Position numbers and translations under genes: made by a program. Shown here piece after piece: positions 15,090-33,389 of a stretch of DNA of 64,000 nt. The stretch lies in assembly GCF_009914755.1 (NCBI RefSeq), contig NC_060947.1; one strand, given 5' to 3'. The notes beneath the pieces are model-generated. The model searched no databases and was not told where the DNA came from. It saw nothing but the letters and a program-made list of their open reading frames with translations. The DNA is from the human T2T-CHM13v2.0 reference genome, Homo sapiens. The stretch's first letter is position 1, and every line of letters starts with the position of its first letter.

Positions 15090-16103
15090 ATGGGGAAAAA
15101 ACAGAGCAGAAAAACTGGAAACTCTAAAAAGCAGAGTGCCTCTCCTCCTCCAAAGGAACGCAGTTCCTCACCAGCAACGGAACAAAGCTGGATGGAGAAT
15201 GACTTTGACGAGCTGAGAGAAGAAGGCTTCAGACGATCAGATTACTCCAAGCTACCAGAGGACATTCAAAACAAAGGCAAAGAAGTTGAAAACTTTGAAA
15301 AAAATTTAGAAGAATGTATAACTAGAATAACCAATACAGAGAAGTGCTTAAAGGAGCTGATGGAGCTGAAAACCAAGGCCCGAGAACTACGTGAAGAACG
15401 CAGAAGCCTCAGGAGCCGATGTGATCAACTGGAAGAAAGGGTATCAGCGATGGAAGATGAAGTGAATGAAATGAAGCGAGAAGGGAAGTTTAGAGAAAAA
15501 AGAATAAAAAACGAACAAAGCCTCCAAGAAATATGGGACTATGTGAAAAGACCAAATCTATGTCTGATTGGAGTACCTGAAAGTGACGGGGAGAATGGAA
15601 CCAAGTTGGAAAACACTCTGCAGGATATTATCCAGGAGAACTTCCCCAATCTAGCAAGGCAGGCCAACATTCAAATTCAGGAAATACAGAGAACACCACA
15701 AAGATACTCCTCGAGAAGAGCAACTCCAAGACACATAATTGTCAGATTCACCAAAGTTGAAATGAAGGAAAAAATGTTAAGGGCAGCCAGAGAGAAAGGT
15801 CGGGTTACCCACAAAGGGAAGCCCATCAGACTAACAGCTGATCTCTCAGCAGAAACTCTACAAGCCAGAAGAGAGTGGGGGCCAATATTCAACATTCTTA
15901 AAGAAAAGAATTCTCAACCCAGAATTTCATATCCAGCCAAAGTAAGCTTCATAAGTGAAGGAGAAATAAAATCCTTTACAGACAAGCAAATGCTGAGAGA
16001 TTTTGTCACCACCAGGCCTGCCCTAAAAGAGCTCCTGAAGGAAGCACTAAACATGGAAAGGAACAACTGGTACCAGCTGCTGCAAAATCATGCCAAAATG
16101 TAA
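15090..16103 (+). CDS. LINE-1 ORF1p, intact frame, 337 aa
   Basis: MGKKQSRKTGNSK...NHAKM; coiled coil, REKG and ARR motifs intact; YPAKVS variant; one codon shorter than the 338-aa consensus. Confidence 0.93.
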   Translation: MGKKQSRKTGNSKKQSASPPPKERSSSPATEQSWMENDFDELREEGFRRSDYSKLPEDIQNKGKEVENFEKNLEECITRITNTEKCLKELMELKTKARELREERRSLRSRCDQLEERVSAMEDEVNEMKREGKFREKRIKNEQSLQEIWDYVKRPNLCLIGVPESDGENGTKLENTLQDIIQENFPNLARQANIQIQEIQRTPQRYSSRRATPRHIIVRFTKVEMKEKMLRAAREKGRVTHKGKPIRLTADLSAETLQARREWGPIFNILKEKNSQPRISYPAKVSFISEGEIKSFTDKQMLRDFVTTRPALKELLKEALNMERNNWYQLLQNHAKM

Positions 16104-16166
16104 AGACCATCGAGACTAGGAAGAAACTGCATGAAATAATGAGCAAAATAACCAGCTAACATCAAA

Positions 16167-19979
<3,813 letters not shown>

Positions 19980-21072
19980 ACAATGAGAACATATGGACAC
20001 AGGAAGGGGAACATCACACTCTGGGGCCTGTTGTGGGGTGGGGGAGGGGGGAGGGATAGCATTGGGAGATATATCTAATGCTAAATGACGAGTTAGTGGG
20101 TGCAGCGCACCAGCATGGCACATGTATACATATGTAACTAACCTTCACATTGTGCACATGTACCCTAAAACTTAAAGTATAATAATAATAAATAAAAAAA
20201 GAATATATCATAGAGATATATTCTATCTCTATGAATTTGATTGTTCTAGGTGCCTCATATAAGGTAAATCATTCTATTTTTTTGTGACTACTTTATTTTA
20301 TTATGTTTTCAAGGTTCATTCATGTTGTAGTATGCATCAGAATTTCGTTCCTTCCTAAGGCAGAATAATATTCTATTGTATGTATAAACTACATTTGATT
20401 TGATTTTTATTCTAAGAATCTCATGGGTGGATAAAAATAAAGAGATCTATCTGGTCAAATGTATTTTCTTAAAATACTAAAACATTATTGCGCATTTCCA
20501 TTGTGTTGTCATTTGCGTTGATGCAAAAGCAGTGGTGAGTAAAATCATTTTGTTTATTCATTCATCCATCCACAGACATTAGGATTGTTTCTACCTTTTG
20601 GCTATTGTGAAAAATGCTGCTATGAACATTGGTATACAAAGATTTTTACAAGTCTGTGTTTTCAATTCTTTGCGGTATATGCCCAGAGCTGCAACATGGT
20701 AATTCTATGTTTAAATGTTTGAGGAACCACCATAATATTTTCCATAGCAACTGCACCATTTTATATTCCCAACAGCAATGAGGCACTGTTACAAAGTAGC
20801 CACTTCCTTACCAACACTCCGTATTTTCCCTTTTTGTTTTTGATAATAGCCATCCTAATGAGTATGAAGTGATATCTCATTGTGATTTTGATTTGCACTT
20901 CCCTAATGACTAGTGATGTTGAGTATCTTTTCATGTATTTTTTTTTTGGTGTAGCTTCTTTGGAGAAGTGTCTATTCAAGCACTTCGCTTATTTTTGACT
21001 GAGTTATTTGTTGTTGTTGACTATAAGAGTATTTTATGTAGTCTGGATATTAATCTCTTATCTGATATATGA

Positions 21073-21458
<386 letters not shown>

Positions 21459-21899
21459 TCTTGATAGTATTTGTGATGTGCAAAAGTTTATAATTTTGAT
21501 GAAGTCCAATATATCTATTTTTTCCTTTGTTGCCTGTGCTCTTAGTATCATATCTAAGACATCACTGCCAAATTTATTGTCATGAAGTTTTTCTCCTATG
21601 TTTTCTTCTACAAGTTTTATAGTTTTAGCACTTAACATTTAGATCTTTGATCCATTTTGAATTTTGTCTAATGTTAGGTTTTGTCTGATTAATGTAATTT
21701 TGTCCAATATCAATATTACCTCTCCTACTCTCTTTTGCTTATTATTCTTGCTTATTATTTTTATGGAATATCTTTTGTGATCATTTCACTTCTAAACTAT
21801 GCATGCCCTAGGTTTAAAGTGAGTTTCTGGTAGACAGTATATAGTTAGATCCTGGTTTTTTTTTCCTTTGTATTCAATTTTTAAGTTTTTGTTTTATGG

Positions 21900-22214
21900 T
21901 GTTTGGTTTGTTTGTTTTTTGAGACAGGGTCCCGTTGGCTCTGTCACCCAGGCCAGATGGCGCAATCGCGGCTCACTGCAACCTCCACCCACCTCGCCCC
22001 CTCCCCGGAGTCAAGTAATCCTCCCACCTAAGCCTCCTGAGTAGCTGGGACTACAGGTGCGTGCCACCATGCCTGGCTAATTTTTTTTTCTTTTTTTAGA
22101 GATGGGGATTTGCCATGTTGCCCCAGATGGTCTCGAACTCCTAGACTCAAGCGATCCCCTGTCCTTAGCCTCCCAAAGTGCTGGGATTACAGGCGTGAGC
22201 CACTGGGTCCGGCT
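21900..22214 (-). mobile_element. Alu (AluJ-like)
   Basis: Diverged Alu dimer. Confidence 0.85.
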
Positions 22215-22239
22215 GTTTTACGGGTTTTTTAATTTCAGT

Positions 22240-23085
22240 TTTTCTTTTAGATACAGAGAGTACATGCACAAGTTTGTTATATGGGTATATTGCACCTAGC
22301 TAGTGAGTATAGTACCCAAATAAGTAGTTTTTCAACTCACAGTCTTCCTCTAGCCTTCTCCCTCTAGTAGTCTGTGGTGTCTGCTTTTCTCACATTTATG
22401 TCCATGTGTGCTCAATGTTTAGCTCTTACTTATGAGAACATGCAGTATTTGGGTTTCTGTTCCTGCATTAAGGTGCTTAGGATTACGGCCTCCAGCTCCA
22501 TTCATGTTGCTGCAAAGTACATGAAACATGATTTCACTCTTTTTATGGCTGTGTAGTATTTCATGGTGTATATGCACCATATTTTCTTTGTTTGGTCCAA
22601 CATTGATGGGCCCCAGAGTTGATTCTGCGTCTTTGCTATTGTGAACAGCACAGCGATGAACACATGAGGGCATGTGACTTTTTTCTATAATGATCTATTT
22701 TCCTTTGGATATTATATTAGTCTGTTCTTGCATTGCTATAAAGAAATACCCAAGACTGGGTAATTTATAACGAAAGGAGTTTTATTTTATTTTTCTGTAG
22801 GCTGTACAAGAAGCATAACACTGGCATCTGCTTCTGGGGAGGCCTCCAGATCTTACAAGAAGTCACTCACTATCTTGAGTACAGTACCAAGAGGGATGGT
22901 ACCAAACCATTCATAAGAGATCCACCCCCATGATCCAATTACCTCCCATCAGGCTCCACCTCCAACACTGTGGATTACATTTCAATATGAGACTTTGATA
23001 GGGACACATCCAAACTATATCAGGTATATTCCCAGTAATGGGATTGATGAGTTGAACCGTAACTCTTTTTAAAGTTCTTTGAGAA
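22240..23085 (-). mobile_element. Older L1PA/L1PB 3' fragment interrupted by an MST LTR
   Basis: Reversed L1 3' UTR; ttcctttggatat|LTR|ggtatattcccagtaatgggatt is continuous across the LTR. Confidence 0.75.
22713..23022 (-). mobile_element. MST-type MaLR solo LTR, internally deleted
   Basis: tatattagtctgttcttgcattgctataaagaaatacc...ggacacatccaaactatatca. Confidence 0.8.
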
Positions 23086-23812
23086 TAGATCCTGTTTTTT
23101 AATACATCCTGCCAATCTAAGTCTTTTCCTTGACAAGTTTGATCCACTTACATTTTAGGTAATTACTGATAGGGAAAGATTTAGTAATTCCATGTTTACC
23201 TGTTTTTGTATGTCTTACAGCTTTCCGGTTTCTCATTTCTGTCCTTACTGCCTTTTTGTGTGTTTGATTAATTTTTTTTGTAGTGATGCATTTTGATTCC
23301 CTTCTGATTTCCATTTGTGTATATTTTGTAGATATTTTCTTTGTGGTTACTAGGGGAATTACATACAACATCCTAAAACTAGAGCAGTCTATTTTAAATT
23401 TATAACAATTATTTGAAGTAGAAATGTGTTAAATCCCAAGAATTTGCCCCCTGGAGATGCAGCCTTGTGATTTTTCACATTTATTTGCGCTGGCTTTGGC
23501 TGTTAATGGAAATGTTTCTCAATAGTTTATCAATTCACATTTTCTACCCAATATAAGAAAGACTTTATCTTACTATTTTTAAAGTGGTCAATTAGATTTT
23601 GAAATCACTGCCTTACAGGACAGTTCACTGAAATGGTAAGAGTGTAGCTACTGTGGTTGAAAATTCTCTGGATGAATTATTAAAATCCTAACCAGGATAG
23701 GATTCATTTGTACTGAGTGCTCATTGTGTGCCAATCGTGGAAGCATAGAAAATATGTTGATGGTGGCCATCTCAGTATTGATTCAATTATTTCTGAAGAG
23801 ATACATGTTTAA

Positions 23813-24110
<298 letters not shown>

Positions 24111-27100
24111 ATGGTTAAACTTTATGTTAACAGGATTTCCATTAAACTGTCTGACACATACATATTGTTCAAATATAGTTATTGAACAGATAATTTTATG
24201 CAGGATTTGCTTATTCAGTCAGCATTTATGAAACATATAATATGTGTCTGAAACTGTCCTGGGCACACAGGATTCACAAATACATTAGACAGGTTTATTG
24301 CTTTTCATAGGCTTGTAGTCCAAAGGCAAGTTCAGCCATCTAAACACATATAATGTATAATCTTCTATTAAGGTCTGAATAGAAATCTTTCCTTCATGTT
24401 CGCTCTAGCTTCCAGGATATCATACATGTTGTTCCTATTCCTTCTTCTAGGACAATTCTTACCCTTTCTCTTAAACAGATAACTCTTTCTGAGTCCTTCT
24501 GAGGATACAACTTACAAATCACTACCTCCATGAAGCTTCAGAATCTTCCCCACTACCAAACCATCATCCTGTCAACTGTCAGGAGATCCCAAATTCCCCT
24601 ATCATAATAAACATTTATATCACAGCTTGTTGCAGTTTCTTGTGTTACTTTATGTTGCTTCCAATAGACAGTGAGCTCCAGAACATTCTCACTATCTACC
24701 TTACTCATTGTCTTACTACTTATCTCAGACCTTAGTACAGTACCTGACATAACAGGTGTGAGGAAAGATACTACCATAGCTAGATGTTTCAGGCCATAGA
24801 ATGGGAAATAAAATAGAGCCAAAATAATCTGCCAACATCATCTAATCTTAGATGAGAAGGCACAGCTAAAGATTTTGCACTTTTACTGAATGGAATATAT
24901 TTTAATACCTTTATTGAGATATAATTCACATACTGTAAACTTCACATGTTTAAGTTGTCAATTTGAGAAGTTTTGAAGCTTGCATGCATCTGTGAAAACA
25001 CCAAAATAAAGGTAATAAAGACATCTATCATCACCAAGAGTTTCCTTATGGTTCTTTGTAGTCTATACCCCTCACCTCTATTTCTAGCCTGCTCTGATCC
25101 CAGCCCCAGATAATCACTTATGGGCTCTTTGTTTGTATAAATTGGTTGGCATTTTCTAGAATTTCATATAAATGGAATCAAACAGTGTGTCCTCTTTTAT
25201 CTGGCATCTTTTCCTCACCATAATTATTGTAATGATGTTGTTCCACATAACAAAAATTCACTCATTTTATTTTTGAGTAGTATTTAATTGTGCAGATGTA
25301 CTACATTTCCCTCATCTGTTGATGTTTCTAGTTTGCAGCTACTAAAATAAAGCTGGTATGAGTATTTAAATGTACATGTTCGTTCACATGGTAAATAGGT
25401 ACTTTCATTACTCTTGGCTAAATACCCAGAGTTGTAAAGTCTGGATTATATGATAGGTATTGGTATAACTTTTTTAAAAACTGCCAAACCTTTTACCAAA
25501 GTGGTTGTAACATTTTATAATTCACAAACAATGTTTGAGAGCTCCTGTTTCTTCACATCCTCAGGAACACTTGATGTGGTCAGGATTTGTAGTTTGAGAT
25601 ACTCTAATAAATGTAGAATGGTATGTCTTTGTGTTGGAATTTCCATTTTCCTAATGACTAATGATGTTGAGCATTTTATGTGCTCATTTGCCATTCATAT
25701 ATCTTCTTAAGTAAAGCATCTGTTCATTTTTTCCCATTTAAAAAATTGGATTGCTTGTTCTCTTATTATTGAGTTTTGATAGTTTCTTATGTATACTAGA
25801 TACAAGTCCTTTATTAGGTATGTGATTTTCTAATACTTCCTCTAGTTCTGTGGCTTACCCTTTCTTTCATTTAATGATGTCTTTTGAAGGACAGAAGTTC
25901 TTAGTTTTAATGAATTCCAATTTGTCACTTTTCTTTTATCAAGTTTTTTGAGTTTCATATAAGAAATTGTTGCCTACTGTATGGTCACAAAGATTTTTCC
26001 ATATTTTCTTCTAGAAGTGTACAGCTTTGCATTTTACATTTACATGTGTGATCCAATTAATTTTTATATAGCATGTGCTGCATGGGTATAGACAGCAGGT
26101 TCTTCCAGCACTAGTTATTGAAGAGATATCCTTTTTGCACTGAATTACCTTTGCACCTTTGTTGAAATACAATTGGACATACATGTGTGGTCTATTGCTG
26201 ATGTCTATTCTATTCATTTTTTGCCTATATTTTTGCCCATATTGGTACCATTACTATACTATCTTTATTAGTGTAGCTTTCTACTGTAAATTGTCCAAAT
26301 TTGTTCTTTTTAAAAGTCATTTTGGCTATTTTGCATCCTTTGTAATTTCATTTGAAATTTAGAATTAGCTACAAAATAGTCTGTTGGAGTATTTATTTAA
26401 TCTGTGTTTCAGATCAGTTCAGGGATTAACAAAATCGAGTCTTCCACATAAATATGACGTAACTATCCATTTATTTAGATCATCCTCAAAAATATCTCAG
26501 TACAATTTTCAGTGTATAGATTTTGCCACCTTTTGTGAGATTTATCCCTAAGTATTTCATGTTTTTAATGTTATCATGCTGGTATTTTTATTTAAATATC
26601 AAATTGTTTGTTAGTAATATATAGAACGGCAAGTGATTTTTATAGATATAGCAAGGGGGTTTTTTGCAGATTCTATAGGATTATTTTATAGAGATGATCA
26701 CATCTTCATAGACAAAAGAGACAGTTTTACTTACCGCTTTCCAAGTTTTTCTTCTGACCCTTTTATTAACATTTTTTCTTGTATTATTGCACTAGTTAGA
26801 TTAAGCGGTGGACAACATATTTGCCCACTTTTTTTTCATTTTAAGAGGTAAGTACTCAGTCTTCATCACTACATTTCAAGTTACCTGTAGGTTTTTCATA
26901 GATGCCATTTCCTTATCAAGTTGAGGAAGATTGCTTCTGTTTCTAGTTTGGTAAGAGTTTTACCAGGAATGAATGCTGGATTTGCCAAATGATGTTTCTG
27001 CGTCTATTAAAATGACTATTTTACAAATCTGTTAATATTGTGAATTACATTGATTTGTTTTTCTAAGGTTAAACTACCTTTGCATTCTTTGGTCATGATG

Positions 27101-27329
27101 CATTATCCTTTTCCCCAGGTAATACTGGCTTCGTACAATGAGTCAGGAAATATTCCATTTCTTTAATTTTCTGGAAAAAAAATTCTGTGGGTGGCATTAT
27201 TTCTTCCTTATATGATTAGTAGAATCCACAAGTAAATCCATCTGGGCCTTTAATTTTCTTTGTGGAAGGTTTTAAAGTAGAAGCTTAATGTATTGAAGAG
27301 TGTTTTAATCACCTCCTATTTATCCCATT

Positions 27330-27806
27330 AGTGAGGGAGGGATTCCTGCCTAGGTTTAGGCAAATGGCTGGCGTATGACACGACACCGGACACATGAGAC
27401 TGTTAGCAATTTATTAGTAATGTATACTCACAACCTGAGAGAGGAGGATACCATGCACCATACAGTGACATATGAAGTGTTGCACTCAGAAATAAAGTGG
27501 AAAACCAGGGCCTGTGAAAGGCAGAGTTTGTAGTATTGTTAAAGTGCCCCAGGTTCACATGGGAGGATGTGATTGGCTTGTTTCAGTAATTCTATAGCCT
27601 GACAGAGAACTAAGACCTGCTACTCAGAGACGAGCAGGAACTGCATCTGTTCTGCTCAATAAGGAGGATTGCTTGCCTAGGGAACCTTATCCATGGGAGC
27701 AGAGAGGGAAGGGAACTTGTGGATTTACCATTCAAGATCCTTCCAATTTCACCACGTATCAAGGTAATACACAATATTGGACCTTAATTTTAGGCCTCAC
27801 ACCACA
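27330..27806 (-). mobile_element. ERVL-class LTR fragment (MER54-like)
   Basis: Reverse complement starts TGTGGTGTGAGGCCTAAAATTAAGG..CCAATATT; interrupts L1 sequence. Family name from recall. Confidence 0.5.
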
Positions 27807-27903
27807 AATGGATACAGAGCTAGTCAGATTATCTATTTCTTCTCAACTAGCTGTTGTCTTTCAATGAATTTCTCTACTTTATTCAAGTTATTAAATGTGT
27901 TGA

Positions 27904-28231
<328 letters not shown>

Positions 28232-28460
28232 TCTATTTTTTAATATCTGTAGAATCTATGGTGATATCACACTTCTCATTCCTGATCTTGATAATTTTTG
28301 TCTTCTCTCTTACTTTCCTGATCAATCTGGCTAAAGATGAATCAATATTTTTATCTTCTCAAAAACCTAGCTTTTGGTTAAATGGTTTTCTCTATTGTTT
28401 TTCTATTATTTCATTGATTTCTTATCTGACTTTTGCTATTTTTTATTCTCCTTAAGCTGA

Positions 28461-28794
<334 letters not shown>

Positions 28795-29774
28795 TAAGAT
28801 GGAACTTGATGTTATTAGTTTGAGATTTTGTTTAAATAACATCGAGTGCTGTAAATTCTAATCTAAGTACTGCTCTAGCTGCATCCCAGAAATGTAAACA
28901 TGTTTTGGATAAATTGTTATTCATTTCAAGATAATTTATGATTATCCTTTTGATTTGTTCTTGTGGCTCATGGGTTACTTAGAAGTATGATGTTTAGTTT
29001 TCAATGTAAATTTTCAGAATATCTTTTTGTTATTGATTTCTAATTCAATTCCATTTCAGTCAGAGAATATACTTTCTGCTATTTCAAAACTTTTTAATTT
29101 ATTGAGACTTGTTTATGGCCTATTATTTAAACATTCCATATATGCTTGAGAATAACGTGTATTCTGTAGTTGTTTGGTTCAGCATTGTAAAAATGTCAAT
29201 AGGTTAGTTTGGTTGAACCTGTTGTTCAAGTCTTCTATATCCTTACTGAATTTCTTTGCACTTGTTCTATCAGTTTTTTTGAGAGGAGGTGTTGACATCT
29301 CTATTATTATTGTGGACGTGTCTATGATTACGGTATAATCAATTAGTCAGTTCTTTATGTATTTTGAGTTCTGTTAATAAGTACATATTTAGAATTATTA
29401 TATCCCCTTGAAGAATTGAGCTCTTTATCATGATGAAATGACTCTCCTTATCCCAGATAATATTCATTGCTCTGACATCTACTTTGTTTGAAATTAATAT
29501 AGTCACTCCAGCATTATTTTGATGACTGATTGCATGATATACATTTTCCATCCTATTACTTTTAACCTTTTATATCATTTATAAATTAAGTGGATTTATG
29601 TAGGCATCATATTGTATTTCCTTTTTTTTAATCTTATGACAATCCCAGTCTTTTAATTGGGATATTTATATCATTTAATATGTAATGCTATTGATACGCT
29701 TTGGTTTAAGTCACCCATCTTGCTACTGGTTTTCTGTTGTTCGCATCTACTCTTTGTATTATACTCCTTTCTTA

Positions 29775-31268
29775 TTTTTTAATTTGTACAAATATGTACA
29801 AAATAGTCTTATATATTTATGGGATACATGAGATATTTTGATATGGGCATGCAATGCATGATCATCACATAGTGGGAAATGGGGTGTCCAACCCCTCAAG
29901 CATTTACCCTTTGTGTTACAAACAATCCTTTTATACTCTTTTAACTATTTTTAAATGTACAATTAAATTATTATTGACTATAGTCACCCTCTTGTGCTAT
30001 CAAATACTAGGTCTTATTCATTCTTCCTAACTACTTTTTTGTACCCACTAACAATTGCCACCTCCCCATGCCACCCTACTACCATTCACAGTCTCTGGTA
30101 GCCATCCTTCTACTCTCTGTCTCCATGAGGTCAATTGTTTTGATTTTCAGATCCCACAAATAAGTGAGGACATATGTTGTTTGTCTTTCTATGCCTGATT
30201 TATTTCATTTAATAAAATGACCTCTAGTTCCATTCATGTTGTTTCAAATGACAGAATCTCATTCTCTTTTATGGCTGAATAGTAGTTCATTGTGTATACG
30301 TACTCCATTTTCTTTATCTTTTCGTCTGTTGATGGACACTAAGGTTGCTTCCAAATCCTGGCTATTGTGAACAGTGCTTCAACAAAGTAGGAGTGCAGAT
30401 AATCACTTTGATATATTGATATCTTATCTTTTGGGTATATATCCAGCAGTGGGATTGCTGGTTCATAAGGTAGCTCTATTTTTAGTTTTTTGAGGAACCT
30501 CCAAACTATTCTCCATAGTGGCTGTACTAATGTATATTCCAACCAACAGTGTACAAGGGTTCCCTTTGCTCTACATCCTTGCCAGCATCCATTATTTCCT
30601 GTGTTTTGAATAAAAGCCACTTTAACTAGGGTGAGATGATATCTCATTGTGGTTTTGATTTGCATTTCTCTGATGATCAGTGATGTTGAGCACCTTTTCC
30701 TATGCCTGTTTGCCATTTGCATGTCTTCTTTTGAGAAATGTCTATTCAGATCATTTGTCCATTTTTAGATTAGATTTTTTTCCTACAGATCTGTTTGAGC
30801 TCATTATATATTCTGGTTATTAATCCATTGTCAGATGGGTAATTTGCAAATATTATCTCCTATTCCATTCTGTGGGTTGGCTCTTCACTTTGTTGATTGT
30901 TTTCATTGCTGTACAGAAGCTTTCTAACTTGATATCATCCCATTTGTTCATTTTTGCTTTGGTTGTCTGTGCTTATTGGGTATTATTCAAGAAATTTTTG
31001 CCCAGAGAAATGTCCTGGAGAGTTTCCCCAATGTTTTCTTGTAGTACTTTCATAGTTTGAGGTTTTAGATTTAAGCGTTTAATCCATTTTGATTATATTT
31101 TTGTATATGGCAAGAGATAGTGGTCTGGTGTCACTCTTCTGCATGTGAATATCCAGTTTTCCCTGCACCACTTATGGAAGAGACTGTCTTTTCCCCAGTG
31201 TATGTTCTTGGCATGTTTTTTGAAAATGAGTGCCCTGTAGCTGTGTGGATTGATTCTGGGTTCTCTGT
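29775..31268 (-). mobile_element. L1MA-type 3' portion
   Basis: Minus ORF 30339-30722 is the ORF2 C-terminus ([33 protein letters not shown]). Confidence 0.85.
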
Positions 31269-32335
31269 ACCAAAGAAGAACAAAGTTGGAGAACTAACAC
31301 TATCCTACTTCAAGACTTATATAAAGATACAATAACCAAGACAGTGTGTTACTGGCAAAAGAATAGAAAAATAGATCAATGGAACAGAGTAGAGAGCCCA
31401 CAAATAGACCCACCCTAATATAGTCAACTCGTCTTTCACAAAGGAGGAAAGGCAATTCAATGGGGAAATTATGATCTTTTCAACAAATGGTGCTCAAAAC
31501 TGCACATCCACCTGGGGAAAAAATGAACCTATACACAGACATTATGCCTTTCACAAAAATTAGCTCCAAATGGATAGTAGACATAAATATAAAATGCAAA
31601 CCTATAAAACTCTTAGAAGATAGCATAGAAGAAAATTTAGGTGACCTTGGCTTGGTGATGACTTAGATACAACACAAAAACACAGTTCATAAAAGGGAAA
31701 ATTGCTAAGCTGGACTTCATTAAAATTAAAATGCTCTGTTCTGTAAAAAAAGATGCTGTTAAGATAATGAAAACACAAGTCAAAGACTGGGAATATATTT
31801 TTGCAATATAGTATCAAAGGGCTAGCATAAAAAATATACAAAGAATTCTTAAAACTCAACAATAAGAAAATAACAACATGATTGGAAAATTGTCAAAAGA
31901 TCTGGAAAGGCTACATACTGTATGATTCCAACTATATGACATTCTGGAAAGAGCAAAACTGTAGAGACAGTGAAAAGACCAGTGCTTTCAAAGGATTCCC
32001 AGGGTGGGAAGAAGGGATGAATTGGTGGAATGTAGGTAATTTTTAGGGCAGTGAAATTGTTATTTCATGCGATAGTGTAAAGGTGAACAAATATCCTACT
32101 TTTGTCAAAAGCCATAGAAGATACAACACAAAGAGTCAACTCTAATGTAAACTATAGACTTTAGTTAACAATAATGTGTTAATATTGATTCATCAAGTGT
32201 ACCATATTAATGTAAGTTATTAAAAATAAGGGAAATTGGGTGAGGGTAGAGATATATAGGAATTCTGTGTACTTTTTCTCATTTTTCTCTGTACACCTAA
32301 AACTTCTCCAAAAAATTAAATCTATTACTTTTAAA
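31269..32335 (+). mobile_element. Old L1M ORF2/3' fragments, forward orientation
   Basis: aagaagaacaaagttggagaactaacac..atagatcaatggaacagagtagagagccca; 3' end cacctaaaacttctccaaaaaattaaa. Confidence 0.7.
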
Positions 32336-32635
32336 AAATATATGAAGTCATGGACTGGGAATATAAAACAATAATTTCCAAGATATTGGACATGAAGCAA
32401 TGAAAGAGAGTAATCTGAGGAGATGAGAAACAAATTGAGTGACATGTATTTAAAAATTCTATTAAACATGCTCAATCTCTCCCTCAAGCTTCCCGAACAT
32501 ATGGAATAGTGATAATAACCATTTTAATATCCTTGTCTAGTAATTCTACCATTTGTGTCATTCTCAATTTGTTTCCATTGAATGCATTTTCTCTGCATTA
32601 ACAGTTGTATTTTCCTGCTTGCTTTTATAGATAAG

Positions 32636-32903
32636 AACCATTTTATAGATAAGAAAACCGAGATCCCAAATGGTTTATTGACTTGTTTGACATTGGGCTC
32701 CCCATCTGTGTGCTCCTGCGGGATCCTGTACTTTGCCTACCTGTGCCCCTGTCACGTAGTGTTGAATGGAAAAAGCTATCTCTGTTTCTCACACAATACA
32801 TTGAGAGATGTTAAGATCTAGAGAAAATAGGAACTTAATAGAACCAAGAGGCCTATATTCTTCTCTCCTCCTACCTTTTTGTAGCTATGAGACCTTATCT
32901 TCT
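32636..32903 (+). repeat. ~268-bp near-identical direct copy of 34519-34785
   Basis: Aligns by eye at roughly 95% identity. Confidence 0.9.
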
Positions 32904-33389
32904 CATATTGACCAGATATTGTTAATTCTGATTAGTTGAATAATAACTATTTTTATATGTCTGTAGTTTTCCTTTTTGTTCTCAGATGTGATTAAGAAAT
33001 TTAGAAACTATTAATATTTTATAATTTCAGGTTTTATTTTTATGCTGGATTAGATATGAGCAGAGTGATGTTCACTCTGGGAATAATTTTCTTCCATTCC
33101 CAAAGCAAAGCCTTTTGAGTACATTGCTTGATGCTCTGTGAATTGTGAGCTTTTCCACTGTAGCTGGTGGGAGTCACATTCCCCACCCTGTGTGAGCTTA
33201 ATTCTATTTAACCCTTTCAGATGGCTTTTTCCCTAACCTCTAGTAGTCTTATATGCAAACCTCTGTACCACTTACTTAAATACTCAAAGGGAAATCTCTA
33301 CAAAGGTCCAAAGTTCTCGCTCTGTGCAGCTCTCTCCTCTCTAACACTCTGCCTTGAAAACTAGAGCCACCTTGACTCCCCTACAATGT

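Noticed and set aside
31255-31285. Head-to-head L1 junction suggesting twin-priming inversion
   Set aside because: The two sides differ in apparent age and each has its own 3' end; no shared TSD found.
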